DNA of 64,000 nt. Source: Octopus vulgaris. Taxonomy: Eukaryota. A program made the position numbers and the translations under genes. The notes below the pieces were generated by a model. The model was not told the origin of the DNA. It worked only from the letters and a program-made list of their open reading frames with translations, and searched no databases. The stretch lies in NCBI GenBank assembly GCA_951406725.2, contig OX597838.1:14508001-14572000 (forward strand). Reading direction: 5' to 3'. Of the stretch, positions 1 through 13,369 are shown in pieces; within the stretch, counting starts at the first letter, position 1; each line of letters opens with the position of its first letter.

Positions 1-639
1 TGTACAGGGTAGCGTAAAGTGGTGTGCTGTGATACAGTGTGGCGTGGTTTGTAGTGTACTATACTATAATGTAGTACAATGCAAGGTTGTATAATGTAAT
101 GTGGTGCAGTACAGTATGGTGTACTGACGTGTGGTGTGGCGCTGTGTATGACCGTCTTGTTTTACTATAATCTGTGTAAATGATATCAACGAGGTCTTCT
201 GGTGAAGTTTAGTATGGTGCTGTCTGGTGAACTGTCCTACCGTCTGTGGAAGCGATATCACCGAGGTCTTCTAGAAAAGGAAGAAGATATATCCGATGCT
301 TATCAAAATATTATTTCACGTGATTGATGAAACTTGTGATTTATAAACTAAACTCTGCCGTTGGTATTTTAGCTATTCGCTCTCACAAAGATGAAACACC
401 CTCCCCACACAGACAGTGAAAATGGCAGACGATGTGTTTACAAATGGCGGTCCTCAGCCGGTGACATCAGCCAAGTGTGACATAAATCTTGACAGGTTCA
501 GTGGGAGGTGCAAGGCGCTGGTTGGCTGGCTGGCTGGCTGGTTGGTTGGTGGCAGCGGCGGCGGCGCGTAACACAATCGAGCGAACGTACGAGGTGGAGG
601 TTGGTGGTCACATGAGATAAGGTAGTTTGGGTTCAGCGT

Positions 640-643
640 AACT

Positions 644-674
<31 letters not shown>

Positions 675-1680
675 TCACAACCACACCACACACACACGCA
701 CAAGCACTCACACAAACACACACACAAACAAACGCGTTCACACACACACACACACACACATACATACAACACCACCACCACAACTACACCACCCACACAC
801 GCGCACAAGCACTCACACAAACACACACACACACAAACGCGTTCACACAAACACACACACACACACACACACATCACCACCACCACCACTATCACAACCA
901 CACCACACACACACACGCACAAGCACTCACACAAACACACACACACACACACACGCGTTCACACAAACACACACACACACACACACACATCACCACCACC
1001 ACCACTATCACAACCACACCACACACACACGCACAAGCACTCACACAAACACACACACACACACACACATATTCAAATACACACACACACACACGTACAC
1101 TCATACATTCAAATATGCACAGACAAATACTCATTCAAACATACAAATACTTACACACATGGTTATACACATACACGCACGTTCATTCAAATATATACAA
1201 TCGCTTACAGATGACTCACACATACGCATGCGCACACACACATATACATACATACAAGCATATACACATACATACTCGTGTACACCCATATATATATAGT
1301 TATACATACATACATTCATACATACATATACACCTGAACTCATACACAATCGCTCGCTCGCTCGCTCGCTCGCTCACTCACTCACTCACTCACTCACTCA
1401 CTCATTCACTCACTCGCTCACTCACTCACTCACTCACTCACTCACTCACTCATCACTCACTCACTCACTCACTCATTCACTCATTCATTCACTCACTCAC
1501 TCACTCACACACTCACTCACTCACTCACTCACTCACTCGCTCAATCATTCACTCGCTCACTCGCTCACTCACTCACTCATTCACTCACTCACTCACTCAC
1601 TCACTCACTCACTCACTCGCTCACTCACTCACTCACTCACACACTCACTCACTCACTCACTCACTCACTCACTCATTCTT
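640..1680. repeat. Compound (CA)n/(CAC)n minisatellite followed by (CACT)n microsatellite
   Basis: Recurrent CA-rich units (gcacaagcactcacacaaac, aaacgcgttcacac) at 640-1070 and a long (ACTC)n tract at 1350-1680. Confidence 0.9.
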
Positions 1681-1686
1681 AATGGA

Positions 1687-2071
1687 TGGAAGCACTCAGT
1701 CGGTTACGACGACGAGGATTCCGGTTGATCCGAATCAACGGAACAGCCTGCTCGTGAAATTAACGTGTAAGTGGCTGAGAACTCCACAGACACGTGTACC
1801 CTTAACGTAGTTCTCGGGGATATTCAGCGTGACACAGAGAGTGACAAGGCCGGCCCTTTGAAATACAGGTACAACAGAAACAGGAAGTAAGAGTGAGAGA
1901 AAGTTGTGGTGAGAGAGTACAGCAGGGATCACCACCATCCCCTGCCGGAGCCTCGTGGAGCTTTTAGGTGTTTTCGCTCAATAAACACTCACAACGCCCG
2001 GTCTGGGAATCGAAACCGCGATCCTATGACCGCGAGTCAGCTGCCCTAACCACTGGGCCATTGCGCCTCCA
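1687..2071 (-). mobile_element. tRNA-Arg-like-headed SINE, family A with tail A1, full length
   Basis: Minus strand starts tggaggcgcaatggcccagtggttagggcag (A box) with gtttcgattccc (B box) and ends gtaaccgactgagtgcttcca. Near-identical to four other copies; flanked by repeated actcactcattc. Confidence 0.9.
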
Positions 2072-2282
2072 CTCACTCATTCACTCACTCACTCGCTCAC
2101 ACACCCACTAACTCACTCACAAAAGAGAATGATCCCGCACTAAATCCCGGAGTGATTAAGAATTAAACAGCTTCGTTTCGAGATTTTGTCAGAACGGAAA
2201 GGAAGTAAGGCGATGGGGAGATGAAATGGCGGGGTGGTGGATGTGTGGTTAACTGAGAAAGAGAGAGGAAGGCAGTGCATGA

Positions 2283-2392
2283 AACTTGGGCAAGTGTCTT
2301 CTATTATAGCCCCGTGCCGACCAAAGCCTTGTGAGTGGATTTGGTAGACGGAAACTGAAAGAAGCCTGTCGTATATATATATATATCACGTG

Positions 2393-2444
<52 letters not shown>

Positions 2445-2537
2445 GATCACGTGACCGACCAGTCCATCAGATGTAGTTACACATCGCTGGTCACAATGCG
2501 TTCGCATTGTTTTAGCCTTCGAATGACGCCACCCCAC

Positions 2538-2593
<56 letters not shown>

Positions 2594-3135
2594 GCTTGTG
2601 TGTGTGCCTTTGTATCTGTTGTTTGTTCCTTCTCGAGCCACACCTGGCTCATAAGGGCCGGCTTCCCGGTGTCCTTGGCGTATAGGTTCCCCACCTGGAC
2701 GGGACGCCGGTCCGTCGCAGGTGAGCTGCAAGATGCAGGAGGAAAGAGTGAGAGAAAGTTGTGGCAAAAGAGTCTGCAGAAGTTTCGCCATTACCTTCTG
2801 CCGGAGCCGCGTGGAGCTTAGGTGTTTCGGTCATAAACACACACATCACCCGGTCTGAGATTCGAGCCCGCGATCCCTCGACCGCGAGTCCGCTGCTCTA
2901 ACCACTAGGCCATGTTCCTCCACTTTGAGTCTGTGCTTTTACCCCTAACCCCATCATCGCTTGACAACCAGTGTTGGTGTGTTTGCGTCCCTGTAACTTA
3001 ACAGTTCGGCAAAAGAGAACGATAGAATAAGTACTCGGCTTAAAAAGCAAACCCCAGGGTCGAATTATTCGACAAAAACACTTCAAACGGTGCTCCAGCA
3101 TGGCCATATTCAAATGACTGAAACAAATAAAAAAA
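2283..3135 (+). mobile_element. SINE family B (CORE-like), 5'-truncated and split by nested insertions
   Basis: Body cttgggcaagtgtcttct...gaagcctgtcgtata at 2283-2375 and tail cttgacaacc...gctccagcatggcc...gactgaaacaa at about 2955-3135 match full copies at 12068 and 47278. Confidence 0.75.
2628..2922 (-). mobile_element. SINE with family A head and alternative V-domain-like tail (A2)
   Basis: Head and body match family A. The tail is cctgcgacggaccggcgtcccgtccaggtggggaa...ggctcgagaagg, resembling the V-SINE conserved block from memory. Confidence 0.75.
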
Positions 3136-3196
3136 GAATATATATATGTTTTAATCAGCCTTAAATAGATATTATATTCAATGAAATGCTAAGTGA

Positions 3197-3240
3197 CTGT
3201 GATGCCGTGGTTTCGCCGACAAACAGCTCGTCAGATACCC
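3197..3240 (-). ncRNA. Degenerate minimal hammerhead ribozyme motif
   Basis: Minus strand reads CTGACGA-GCTG-tttgt-CGGC-GAAA-ccacgg: canonical core and stem II, but the cleavage triplet and stem I are decayed. Confidence 0.45.
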
Positions 3241-3247
3241 GTAAATA

Positions 3248-3646
3248 TCTTTATATATAAAAGTGAGGTTGTCTGTCTGTCTCCTACGATTTAGATTCCT
3301 AACTACTCCCACATTTTGCGGTGCAGTTTAACCAAAACCGGGTATCTGATAGTCGTGATTCATATCGAGCCCTTCTGGGTATTAGCGCGCGTCTACGATG
3401 AGTCTACGATTTAAAAAAAAATTTACCATAATTTTTTTTTCCATTTTAATGCATTTTTTCGCTATTATATAAAGGAAGTAACTCTCTAAAAATGTCTACG
3501 ATGAGTCAACGATTTAAAAAAAAATTTACCATAATTTTTTTTCCATTTTTAATGCATTCTTTGCTATTTTTTGGCTATAACTCTCTAAAAATGCTTATAT
3601 AGTTATTTCCCTTACAAACCCGAGCAACGCCGGGCGATACTGCTAG
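3248..3646 (+). mobile_element. Non-autonomous Helitron, copy 1
   Basis: A|TC start and CTAG|T end, subterminal hairpin cccgagcaacgccggg (3619-3634), no TSD; homologous copy at 58280-58789. Confidence 0.85.
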
Positions 3647-4194
3647 TTTGTTATATATAAACATTTATATTGAGCTATATAAAGAGATGAAGGAGAGAGA
3701 AATTATGGAGGTCGAACGATAATGAAGAAGAAAGAACGACAGACATGGGGAAGAGAAAGTAGGAATGGTAGAAAATGAAGAAAATGGAGAACAAGAGAGA
3801 GGAGAGAGAATAAAGATAGTGAGAATTTGAGAAGGGCGAGAAAATGTAGAAAAGAGATAATGACGAATAAGAGAGAAGCGAAAGCGGGACGAAAGTGAAA
3901 AATGAAGTATGAGAGAGCAAAAAATGGAGGAAGAGGTAAATTCGAGAACGAAAGAAAAAGGAGAGCAACAACAGAGAAAGGTGATTAAGAGACAAGGAAG
4001 CGAGACATTAAGAATGAAAAGTGCGAATGGGAGAGATAAGAAGGTAAAAACTGAAGAGAAGAAAGAGTGACGCGAAGAAAAGATGGAGTGAAGAATTAAG
4101 GGGTGGGGTGGGGTGGGGTGGAGGAGAGAGGAGAAGAAGAAAATTGCACGAGAGAGGAAGGAGAGAAGGAGAGAGACAGAATGAGACGACGTCG

Positions 4195-4290
4195 AGAATA
4201 ATTGTAACTTTATCTGAGGAAGTTATCTGACACCGACTGATGACGTCATTAGGCAGCCATGTTTGAGCTGAACTACTGACATCGCCGCTA
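4195..4290. promoter_or_regulatory. Candidate enhancer island (CRE palindrome, two GATA sites, ETS core)
   Basis: ATGACGTCAT at 4240-4249, TTATCT twice and AGGAAG within about 50 bp of unique CpG-containing sequence; motif inference only. Confidence 0.3.
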
Positions 4291-4429
4291 TCGTGATGAT
4301 CAGTAGCACAGACATCATCATCAGCGTCATCATCAGCATCATCAGCATCATCAACACTACCACCACACTACCACAGTCATCAACAACGCCACTGCCACCA
4401 TCATTACTAACGTCACAACTAACGTTATC

Positions 4430-5282
4430 ATCACCACCACCACCACAACCGCCACCGCCACCACCACCACCACCACCGCAACCACCACCACCGCAACCAC
4501 CACCACCACCACCACCCTCACCACCACCACCCTCACCACCACCACCACCACCTCTGCTAACACTACAACTAGCTTTAACACCAATACTACCGCCAACACC
4601 ACCGCCACAGCCATCTCCACATCACTACCACCACAACCACTACCATCAAACAATACCACCACCACCACCACCACCACAACCGCCACGGCCACCACCACCA
4701 CCACCACCACAACCGCCACGGCCACCACCACCACCACCACCACAACCGCCACGGCCACCACCACCACCACCACCACCACAACCACCACGGCCACCACCAC
4801 CACCACCACCACAACCGCCACGGCCACCACCACCACCACCACCACAACCGCCAAGGCCACCACCACCACAACCGCCAAGGCCACCACCACCACCACCACC
4901 ACAACCGCCAAGGCCACCACCACCACCACCACCACAACCGCCAAGGCCACCACCACCACCACCACCACAACCGCCAAGGCCACCACCACCACCACCACCA
5001 CAACCGCCACGGCCACCACCACCACCACCACCACCACTAACGCTACAACTAGCTTTAACACCAACACAACCACCAAAACTATCAACAATACCGCTAACAC
5101 CACCGCCACAGCCATCTCCACTATCCCTACTATCACTACCACCACAACCACTACCATCAAACAATACCACCGCCACCACCACCACCACCACTATCACTAA
5201 CACTACCAACAACAATACCTCATCTAACACGACCATTAATACTATCACCAACGCTACAGCTAATACCTCCGTCACTCCCACC

Positions 5283-5334
<52 letters not shown>

Positions 5335-5340
5335 CACAAT
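4430..5340. repeat. (CCA)n-based compound minisatellite
   Basis: Units of about 27 bp, (cca)n-caaccgccacgg/aagg, bracketed by a duplicated block (ctacaactagctttaacaccaa near 4563 and 5043). Confidence 0.9.
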
Positions 5341-5623
5341 CACCACAGGAACTAATACCATTAACAACACTACGATATGGAAAAGACATTGCCGAAACAT
5401 TCGAGAGACGTCAAAGGTAATTAATAAACTCTTTATGACTGCATATGGTACGAGACATCACTGACAGTCGATACACACACGCCTGCATGTGTGTATGTGT
5501 GTGTGCGCATGCGCGCATGTGTGTGTGTAAGTTATGTTCGTGTTGTGTTATGTAAGGACACAATTTAAATTTAAAGTAAAATATTTATTTATTAAAAGGT
5601 ATAATGCAATTATTTATTTGCCG

Positions 5624-5688
5624 AGAACTACCGGTTTCATGTAAAAAAAAAAAAACAAGAGGAAAGAATCTTACAATCATCGGACCTG
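5624..5688 (-). ncRNA. Degenerate minimal hammerhead ribozyme motif
   Basis: Minus strand reads CcGATGA-t-tgtaa...ttaca-t-GAAA-CCGG-TA: palindromic stem III, one core substitution and a weak stem I. Confidence 0.45.
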
Positions 5689-5779
5689 TCTAAATAACTT
5701 AGGCAAATATAGTAGTTCTTTGAAGTCTCGTGTGAAATGAAAATGCCCGAGAAGAATCAAACCAAGTTTTATTTACATC

Positions 5780-5818
5780 AAGTAACGCCAAGATTCCGAG
5801 TTCGATTCGAGACAGTGA

Positions 5819-5854
<36 letters not shown>

Positions 5855-5888
5855 CAACAACAACAAAAACAACAACAACAACAACAAC

Positions 5889-5947
<59 letters not shown>

Positions 5948-6144
5948 CAATAACAACAACAACAACAACAACAATAATAATAATAATAATAACAATAATA
6001 ATAACAACAACAATAATAATAATAATAATAATAATAATCCTAAAAAACAGAAACAATTTCTATAATAATAATAATAATAATCCTAAAAACAGAAACAATT
6101 TCTATAATAATAATAATAATAATCCTAAAAACAGAAACAATTTC

Positions 6145-6185
<41 letters not shown>

Positions 6186-6201
6186 TAATAATAACAACAA
6201 C

Positions 6202-6237
<36 letters not shown>

Positions 6238-6259
6238 CCTAAAAAACAGAAACAATTTC

Positions 6260-6301
<42 letters not shown>

Positions 6302-6330
6302 CCTAAAAACAGAAACAATTTCTATAATAA
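5780..6330 (+). mobile_element. Truncated family E SINE head plus expanded (AAT/AAC)n array
   Basis: taacgccaagattccgagttcgattcgagacagtgacctgaataat matches the head at 35577-35620 and runs into the same (AAT)n tract. Confidence 0.6.
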
Positions 6331-6572
6331 TAGGTGCATTAGGTATGATTAAAAAAACGTTCAGACAAATGCATAACCAAATCACCAGGGCTTACGAATG
6401 TATATAACATACAAAAAATAGCACTACTAGGCATCGCACACATCCTAAGTAAAACACTTTCAACACAGTGAAAATAAGAGCACCACAACAAAGCAGAGCA
6501 CATATCCAAGACACATAGAGCTGCGCTCGGTAGTGAAAGCACGTGATAAAAATACGACTACTGAATAATGAC
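6303..6572 (+). mobile_element. 3' end of an R4/Dong-like (RLE-clade) non-LTR retrotransposon
   Basis: Translates, with one frameshift in an A7 run, LKTETISIIIGALGMIKK/RSDKCITKSPGLTNVYNIQKIALLGIAHILSKTLSTQ*. This matches the typical RLE C-terminus (IGALG...IQK.ALLG.A.IL.K.L); inserted in (TAA)n. Confidence 0.75.
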
Positions 6573-7101
6573 AATTCTAACAGACGCAAGTCTTTAATTT
6601 AGGGGCAGGGGTTAGTCGATTAAATCGGTTCCAGTATTTTACTGGTACTTTATATGAACGACCTGAAAAAAAATGAAAGACAAAGGTAATTTTCTCTTAT
6701 AATTTCTGTAACACCTGGGATACATTAAAGAAACATTAAATCTACCGCAGTATTTGACAGGTGCTAATTTTTTGACGCCGGAAATATGAAAAAGAAAGTT
6801 AGTGTTTTATTATATTTTCACTTCACATCTGGGATATTTCATAGCTGTGTTTCTCAAACTGACAACTACCAGGCACCGACCCCGAATAGAAAAAGAAAAA
6901 AAACCTTCGGGAAATTTTGGTTCATCCTTTCCTCTTTATAAATTAGTCAACAAAATAGTATATGCACCTATGTAATTCTTCTCTGTATGCCAAGGAGTTA
7001 GACAAGTTTAAAATCTTTAACTTTCTTAAATATGGCGATTTCACAACCTCTTTTTTTTAATCGTTATAGACCACCAGCTATATTTTATCGATCCTAGAAG
7101 A

Positions 7102-7345
7102 GTCTATCTATCTATCCGCTCAGTCGAAGTCGACTCTCGGTTACTCGTTGGATCAGTGTCCTCCAGTCAGTTCTATCCTGGGCCGCTTCTTTCATATTGG
7201 CTATGTCCATTCCGGTATCACTCTTGATGGTGTCAAGCCAGCGGGTTCTTGGTCGGCCTCTTCCTCTCTTGCCACTGACCATTCCGAGCATGATGTCCTT
7301 CTCCAGGGATTTTCTCCGCATAATACGACCGAAATATGCCAATCT
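7102..7345 (-). mobile_element. RTE-clade (BovB-like) LINE 3' fragment
   Basis: [77 protein letters not shown], followed by a (TAGA)n tail. Confidence 0.9.
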
Positions 7346-7431
7346 AGAAGAGTAGTGCAAAGCAAATTTAGTTTTAGTTTCCTCAGTGCTGGATGAACCA
7401 TTAAGCAAAATAAGCTCGTAAAAAGGGTAAA

Positions 7432-7540
7432 GACCTCATTCGATCGCGGATGACCATGGGATTGCACCTAGAAAGTTACCCTCCGAGGCACAAGTCCGGA
7501 CAAGGCTGTTTATACGGAAGACCAGCAGTCGCTCATGCAT
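7432..7540 (-). mobile_element. SINE family D tail fragment
   Basis: gaccatgggattgcacctagaaagttaccctccgaggcacaagtcc matches tails at 23520 and 35100. Confidence 0.75.
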
Positions 7541-8077
7541 AGCAGAAATAAAGACAACATAACATAATAAGAGAAATACAAAATAAGAGAATAGAAGTAC
7601 AAAAGGAATCAATTTAGATTTGCTAAAATAATATTCGAAGAGGTTCATATGATTGGAAATATAATTTGGGATTGTTCAAGGTGTCGTAACGAGGATCTGA
7701 CCAAAGAATTCTTTTGAGAATATAAAGATGGTTCCCCATCTTACCTTCCTGTATTTTACAAGAAACCATTTTGATGACCAGATGCAAACATGTACGTCAT
7801 ATTTGCATGGAGAGTGTCCTGTTCCCTGGCAATTCCACCAATATTTCGGCTTCTGGACTGGCTTATCATATCGACCCCGCGAAGATGGCAGGTAAAATTG
7901 TTCTTTTGCGTGATTTGAATTCAAAAAGTGAAGAGCTACAACAAATAGTGTCAGCCAGTTTGTCGGTTTTGCTTTAGTGTTGGATAATGTAGCTGAGGGT
8001 TTAACTGCATGCGAGAGAACGGAGGGGGGATGATCCCAGCTGAGATAGCATTGATCGTAAGGGATGACCTGGGGTTT

Positions 8078-9683
8078 AACAACAACAGAAGCAGCAGCAG
8101 CAGCAGCAGCAACAGCTGCAACAGCAACAACAAGGACAACAACAGCAATAGCAGCAGCAGCAATAGCAACAACAACAACAACAGCAACAATAATGATAAC
8201 AACAACAACAACAACAGCAATAGCAACAACAACAACAACAACAGCAGCAGCAGCAACAACAACAACAACAACAGCAGCAGCAGCAACAACAACAACAGCA
8301 GCAGCAACAACACCAACAGCAGCAGCAGCAGCAACAACAACAACAACAACAACCACAGCAGCAACAACAGCAGCAATAACAGTAGCAGCAACAACAACAG
8401 CAACAACAACAACAACAACAACAACAACAGTAGCAACAGCATAGCAGCAGCAATAGCAACAACAACAACAACCGAAGACCGGTGGCTTTCTCCTTCATTG
8501 AACCCGACCAGTTTAGAACCCTTCACAAAATGTCATCGATGCTTTCCATGCTTCTGATGAGTAAATGGCGGAAAACAAAAAACAAAATAAAGTTGAAAGA
8601 TCTTAAAATTGTTATTGTTGTTGCGTTTGCTGTTGCAGTTGTTGTTGTTATGTTTAGATTACTGATGTTGCTCTATTCTTAGTTGTTGTTGCTTTTGATT
8701 GTTGTTGTTGTTAGAAGCACTTGTTTATTATTATTATTGCTCTCCTTCTTCTTCTCCTTCTTCTTCTTCTTCTTCTTCTTCTTCTTCTTCTTCTTCTTCT
8801 TCTTCTTCTTCTTCTTCTCCTTCTTATTCTTCTTCTCCTCCTCTTTCTCCTTCTTCTTCTTCTTTTTCTCCTCCTCCTTCTTTTCCTCCTTCTTCTCCTT
8901 CTTCTCCTCCTTCTTCTTCTTCTCTTTCTTCTTCTTCTTCTTCTCCTTCTTCTTCTTCTTCTTCTTCTTCTTCTCCTCCTCCTCTTCCTTCTTCTTCTTC
9001 TTCCTCCTCCTCCTCCTCCCCCTCCTCTATCACGTATTGACTAATTGTAGCAACAATCATTATAGTCATTATGCTGTTTAGCCCTAGGTCAGACCAACGA
9101 AGCGGAACTTTGATCAAAAGACTTTCCTATTGTGCCCTTCTAACCTCTGCCAAGATAACCGAGGACCACAACAGCCGAGGGCTTTAACTGCTAATTCAAG
9201 CAAGTCGAGTGCCTACCTGGTGGCTCCCTCTCATGTTCGTGCGGTTTGGAATTCGTGCAATGTGATGTAGGGTGGGGGTAGGGTGGAAAGTAACACAACG
9301 AGTGAAGTGTGGGTGGAGGTGATTCAGGGATGAAACGGAATCGGGTGGGAGGGGGTGGACCTCTCAAGCGGTCATGTCCAGCGTGATGGCTATGTGCGCA
9401 TGCGCTTTGTGTGTAGGCGTGTGTGTGCGTGTATGCATGTGTGAAGCGTCTTACACATGCCTGTATGTGTATGTGTGTGGATGGATGGATTAATGGATTG
9501 GTACATATGTGTATGGATGTATGGATGGATGTGCGTGTGTGTGTGTGTATGCATGGACGAATGCATGCATGTGTGTATTTATGTATGTGTGTGTATATGT
9601 ATGGATGGTTGGATGTGCGTGTGTGTGTATTTATAGTTGAATGCATATATGAATGTGTACATGTATGGATGTATGCATGCATG

Positions 9684-9717
<34 letters not shown>

Positions 9718-9731
9718 TGTATGTATGTATG

Positions 9732-9765
<34 letters not shown>

Positions 9766-10095
9766 TGTATGCATGTATGTATGTATGTATGTGCCTGTGT
9801 GTGTTTATGTATGTACGTATGTATGTATATATCTAATGTATCTATTTATGTGTGGGTGTATGTATGTATGTATGTATGTATGTATGTATGTATGTTTGTG
9901 CCTGTATGTATGTATGTATGTATGTATGTATGTATGTATGCATGTGTATAAGTGTGTGCATACAAGCACGTGCATTTGTGTATATGTGAAGTGTCAACAC
10001 GCGTATGTATGAATGTGTTGGCGTATATGAATTTGTAAATGAATAGATGTGCATGTATATGTATGTGTGTGAAGTGTATATGCGCGTATGTGTGC

Positions 10096-10188
<93 letters not shown>

Positions 10189-10215
10189 TGTTTGTGTGTG
10201 TGTGTGTGTGTGTGT

Positions 10216-10300
<85 letters not shown>

Positions 10301-10314
10301 TTGTGTGTGTATGT

Positions 10315-10348
<34 letters not shown>

Positions 10349-10368
10349 TGTGTGTGCGTGTGCGTGTG

Positions 10369-10444
<76 letters not shown>

Positions 10445-10455
10445 GTGTGTGTGTA
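8078..10455. repeat. Microsatellite cluster: (AAC/AGC)n, (TTC)n, (TATG)n, (TG)n
   Basis: Directly visible simple repeats separated by short unique spacers. Confidence 0.95.
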
Positions 10456-10494
10456 GAAATGTAACAAGTCATCATTGATTTATGTTGTTTAACC

Positions 10495-10850
10495 TAAACA
10501 GCACGTGACACCGTTTGTTGACAACGTCGCCATGGCAACAGTTTTCTCGCACCTCGCCTGCTCATAGCTCTTCTGTCTCCCCTCTTCCCTTTCCTCCTCC
10601 TCCTCCTCTTCACCACCACCACCACCTCTTGTGCCGTCACCACCGTCAGCGTCGTCGCCGTCGTCGTGTCTTCTTCTTCGTTGTCGTCACAAGCAATTTC
10701 GCACTGTTCCTAACTCACAAAGCTTTTAATTGAAATGTCAATAGTTCGTCCTCGGCTGCTCACGTGACACGGCGATCACGTGGACATCTGGACATCATGT
10801 CCTTGTAAGAAGAAGTCGACAACGATATGACCAAATGCTGCCAACGTCGT
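10495..10850. promoter_or_regulatory. CpG-rich island with RFX X-box and three CACGTG E-boxes
   Basis: GTCGCCATGGCAAC at 10526-10539; CACGTG at 10502, 10761 and 10777. Confidence 0.4.
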
Positions 10851-10977
10851 CACTGATGTTGTTGTCCTCGTCGCTGTTGTTGTTGTTGTTGCTCCAGTTG
10901 TTGTGTTTATTATGTAAATTGGTGTAATGTGAATGGCGGGACGGTCTAGGAGGTAGTTTAACAGATGGTCTCGCCTG

Positions 10978-11650
10978 CCACCACCACCACCACTACCACC
11001 ACCACCACCACTACCACCACCACCACAACAACAACAACAACAACCACTACTACTACCACCACCACCACTACCACTACCACCACAACAACAACATCAACAA
11101 CAACCACTATCACTACTACCACCACCACCACCACCACAATCACCACCACTATTACGTCTGCCACCACCACCACCACCACCACCACCCCAACAACAACAAC
11201 TACCGTCACTACTACCACTACTACCACCAGCACCGGCACCACCACCACCACCACTACTGTCAATACTACCATCACCACTACCACTACCACCACTACCACC
11301 AGCACCACCAGCACCACAACAACGACAACCATCACTACTACCACCACCAGCACCAGCACCACCACCACTACCTCCACCAGCACCACCACCACCACCACTG
11401 TCATCACCAACAACCACTACCACTACCAGAACCACAATATACAGATCTACCACAATCACCATCATCATCACCATGAACACTACAAATATGTACTACTACC
11501 ACCATCGCCATCACCACTACCACCACCACCGCCACCACCACCATCAAATTCATTACTACTGCCTCTACTATCATCACCGCCAACACCACCAACCAATACC
11601 AACATTACCGTCACAACAACCATCATGACTACCACCACCACCACCATCAG
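10978..11650. repeat. (ACC/ACT/AAC)n trinucleotide array
   Basis: Directly visible. Confidence 0.95.
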
Positions 11651-11838
11651 TACAGTCATGAGAACCAACGAGAGAACCTCTACATAGTCGCTCTATTTAC
11701 TAGAAATAGCAACCAAATATGACTCAAATCACACGGTGTTAGAAAATGATACATTGGCTAATGTGATGGTGGGTTCACTGCAAATAGGAAATAGATGGGA
11801 TGGTCACGGCTGGAATGTCATTGACGATAGGTCTACAC

Positions 11839-12030
11839 CAGTGGTTCTCCACCGAGGTCCATATGGCCCCTAAAGGTCCATATAAGATTTTGAGAGGTCC
11901 ATGCAACAAAGTAGTAAATTGGGGATCTACAATAGTATTTTAAGGGTCCCTGAAAAAATTTACATTAGATGTGTGTATTGGTATGTATTGCAAGAAACAG
12001 CTAGGTTTCTTTCTCTAAAATTTCAGGAAA
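11839..12030 (+). mobile_element. hAT-type DNA transposon left-end relic
   Basis: cagtggttctccacc start preceded by gtctacac (Charlie-like target site); matching right end not found. Confidence 0.45.
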
Positions 12031-12067
12031 ACTAGGAAAGATTGCTCTTGCATCATGAAATAAATAT

Positions 12068-12458
12068 AAGGAGTGGCTGTGTGGTAAGTAGCTTGCTTAC
12101 CAACCACATGGTTCCGGGTTCAGTCCCATTGCGTGGCTTCTTGGGCAAGTGTCTTCTGCTATAGCCCCGGACCGACCAATGCCTTGTGAATGGATTTGGT
12201 AGACGGAAACTGAAAGAAGCCTGTCGTATATATGTATGTGTGTGTATATGTTTGTGTGTCTGTGTTTGTCCTCCTAGCATTGCTTGACAACCGATGCGGG
12301 TGTGTTTACGTCCCCGTCACTTAGCGGTTCGGCAAAAGAGACCGATAGAATAAGTACTGGGCTTACAAAGAATAAGTCCCGGGGTCGATTTGCTCGACTA
12401 AAGGCAGTGCTCCAGCATGGCCGCAGTCAAATGACTGAAACAAGAAAAAGAGTAAAGA
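12068..12458 (+). mobile_element. SINE family B (CORE-like), near full length
   Basis: A box gtggctgtgtggtaag, B box gggttcagtccc, central cttgggcaagt, internal (TA/TG)n and tail ...gactgaaacaagaaaaag. Confidence 0.9.
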
Positions 12459-13057
12459 GAGATATACTCTGTTCATCTGTCTGTGTGTCTTTTCCCAGAT
12501 AATATGGCATGGTTAGAGAGTCTGCTCTTTCAGTCTTTGTTCAAGGACAGGTTTAGATGGTTACGAGGAAACAATGACGCCATCACCTTCAGAGCCGAGA
12601 GTTCGGATAATGCAGCCTATATGGCATAGGCATGCCCTGTGGTTGCAACAGCTACAGAGATTCATGGACTGGAGAAACGTTTATGAAGTACAACTTCCTA
12701 CAGCTCAACATTTTTTAGCCGGAGCTGCTTTTTGGGGTCATGTGAAAACCTGGGACTCACGCTTCGCTAACATTTCGGATTAGAAATTATTAATCTATGT
12801 CATTTTACTCATATTTTATTTACGCTAATATCGCTATCAAATCTACAGATAGACAAAACAGTACCGGTTGTGTGAATCTTTCTACTTAATCACACCGCAA
12901 TGTTTTTTGGGGGTGGGGAGGTGTGTATCGCTTCAGCTTTTATGGTGTAGAGCCGTTGACAAGGAAGAATCGAGCGAAACTGGGAAATAATAAACATAAC
13001 ACTCGCGTGCGCGCACACACACGCACACACACAATTGGACAGAGGGATAGACAGACT

Positions 13058-13166
<109 letters not shown>

Positions 13167-13193
13167 GTACATAGGTAGAGATAAATAGGTAGG

Positions 13194-13245
<52 letters not shown>

Positions 13246-13246
13246 C

Positions 13247-13310
<64 letters not shown>

Positions 13311-13369
13311 GGTCGGATGGATGGATGGATGGATTGACAGACATACAGACAGACAGATGGAAACATAGA

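Noticed and set aside
4293-5420. 375-aa proline-rich ORF resembling extensin or formin
   Set aside because: It is a translation of a (CCA)n array that is open in several frames on both strands, with no domain or splice support.
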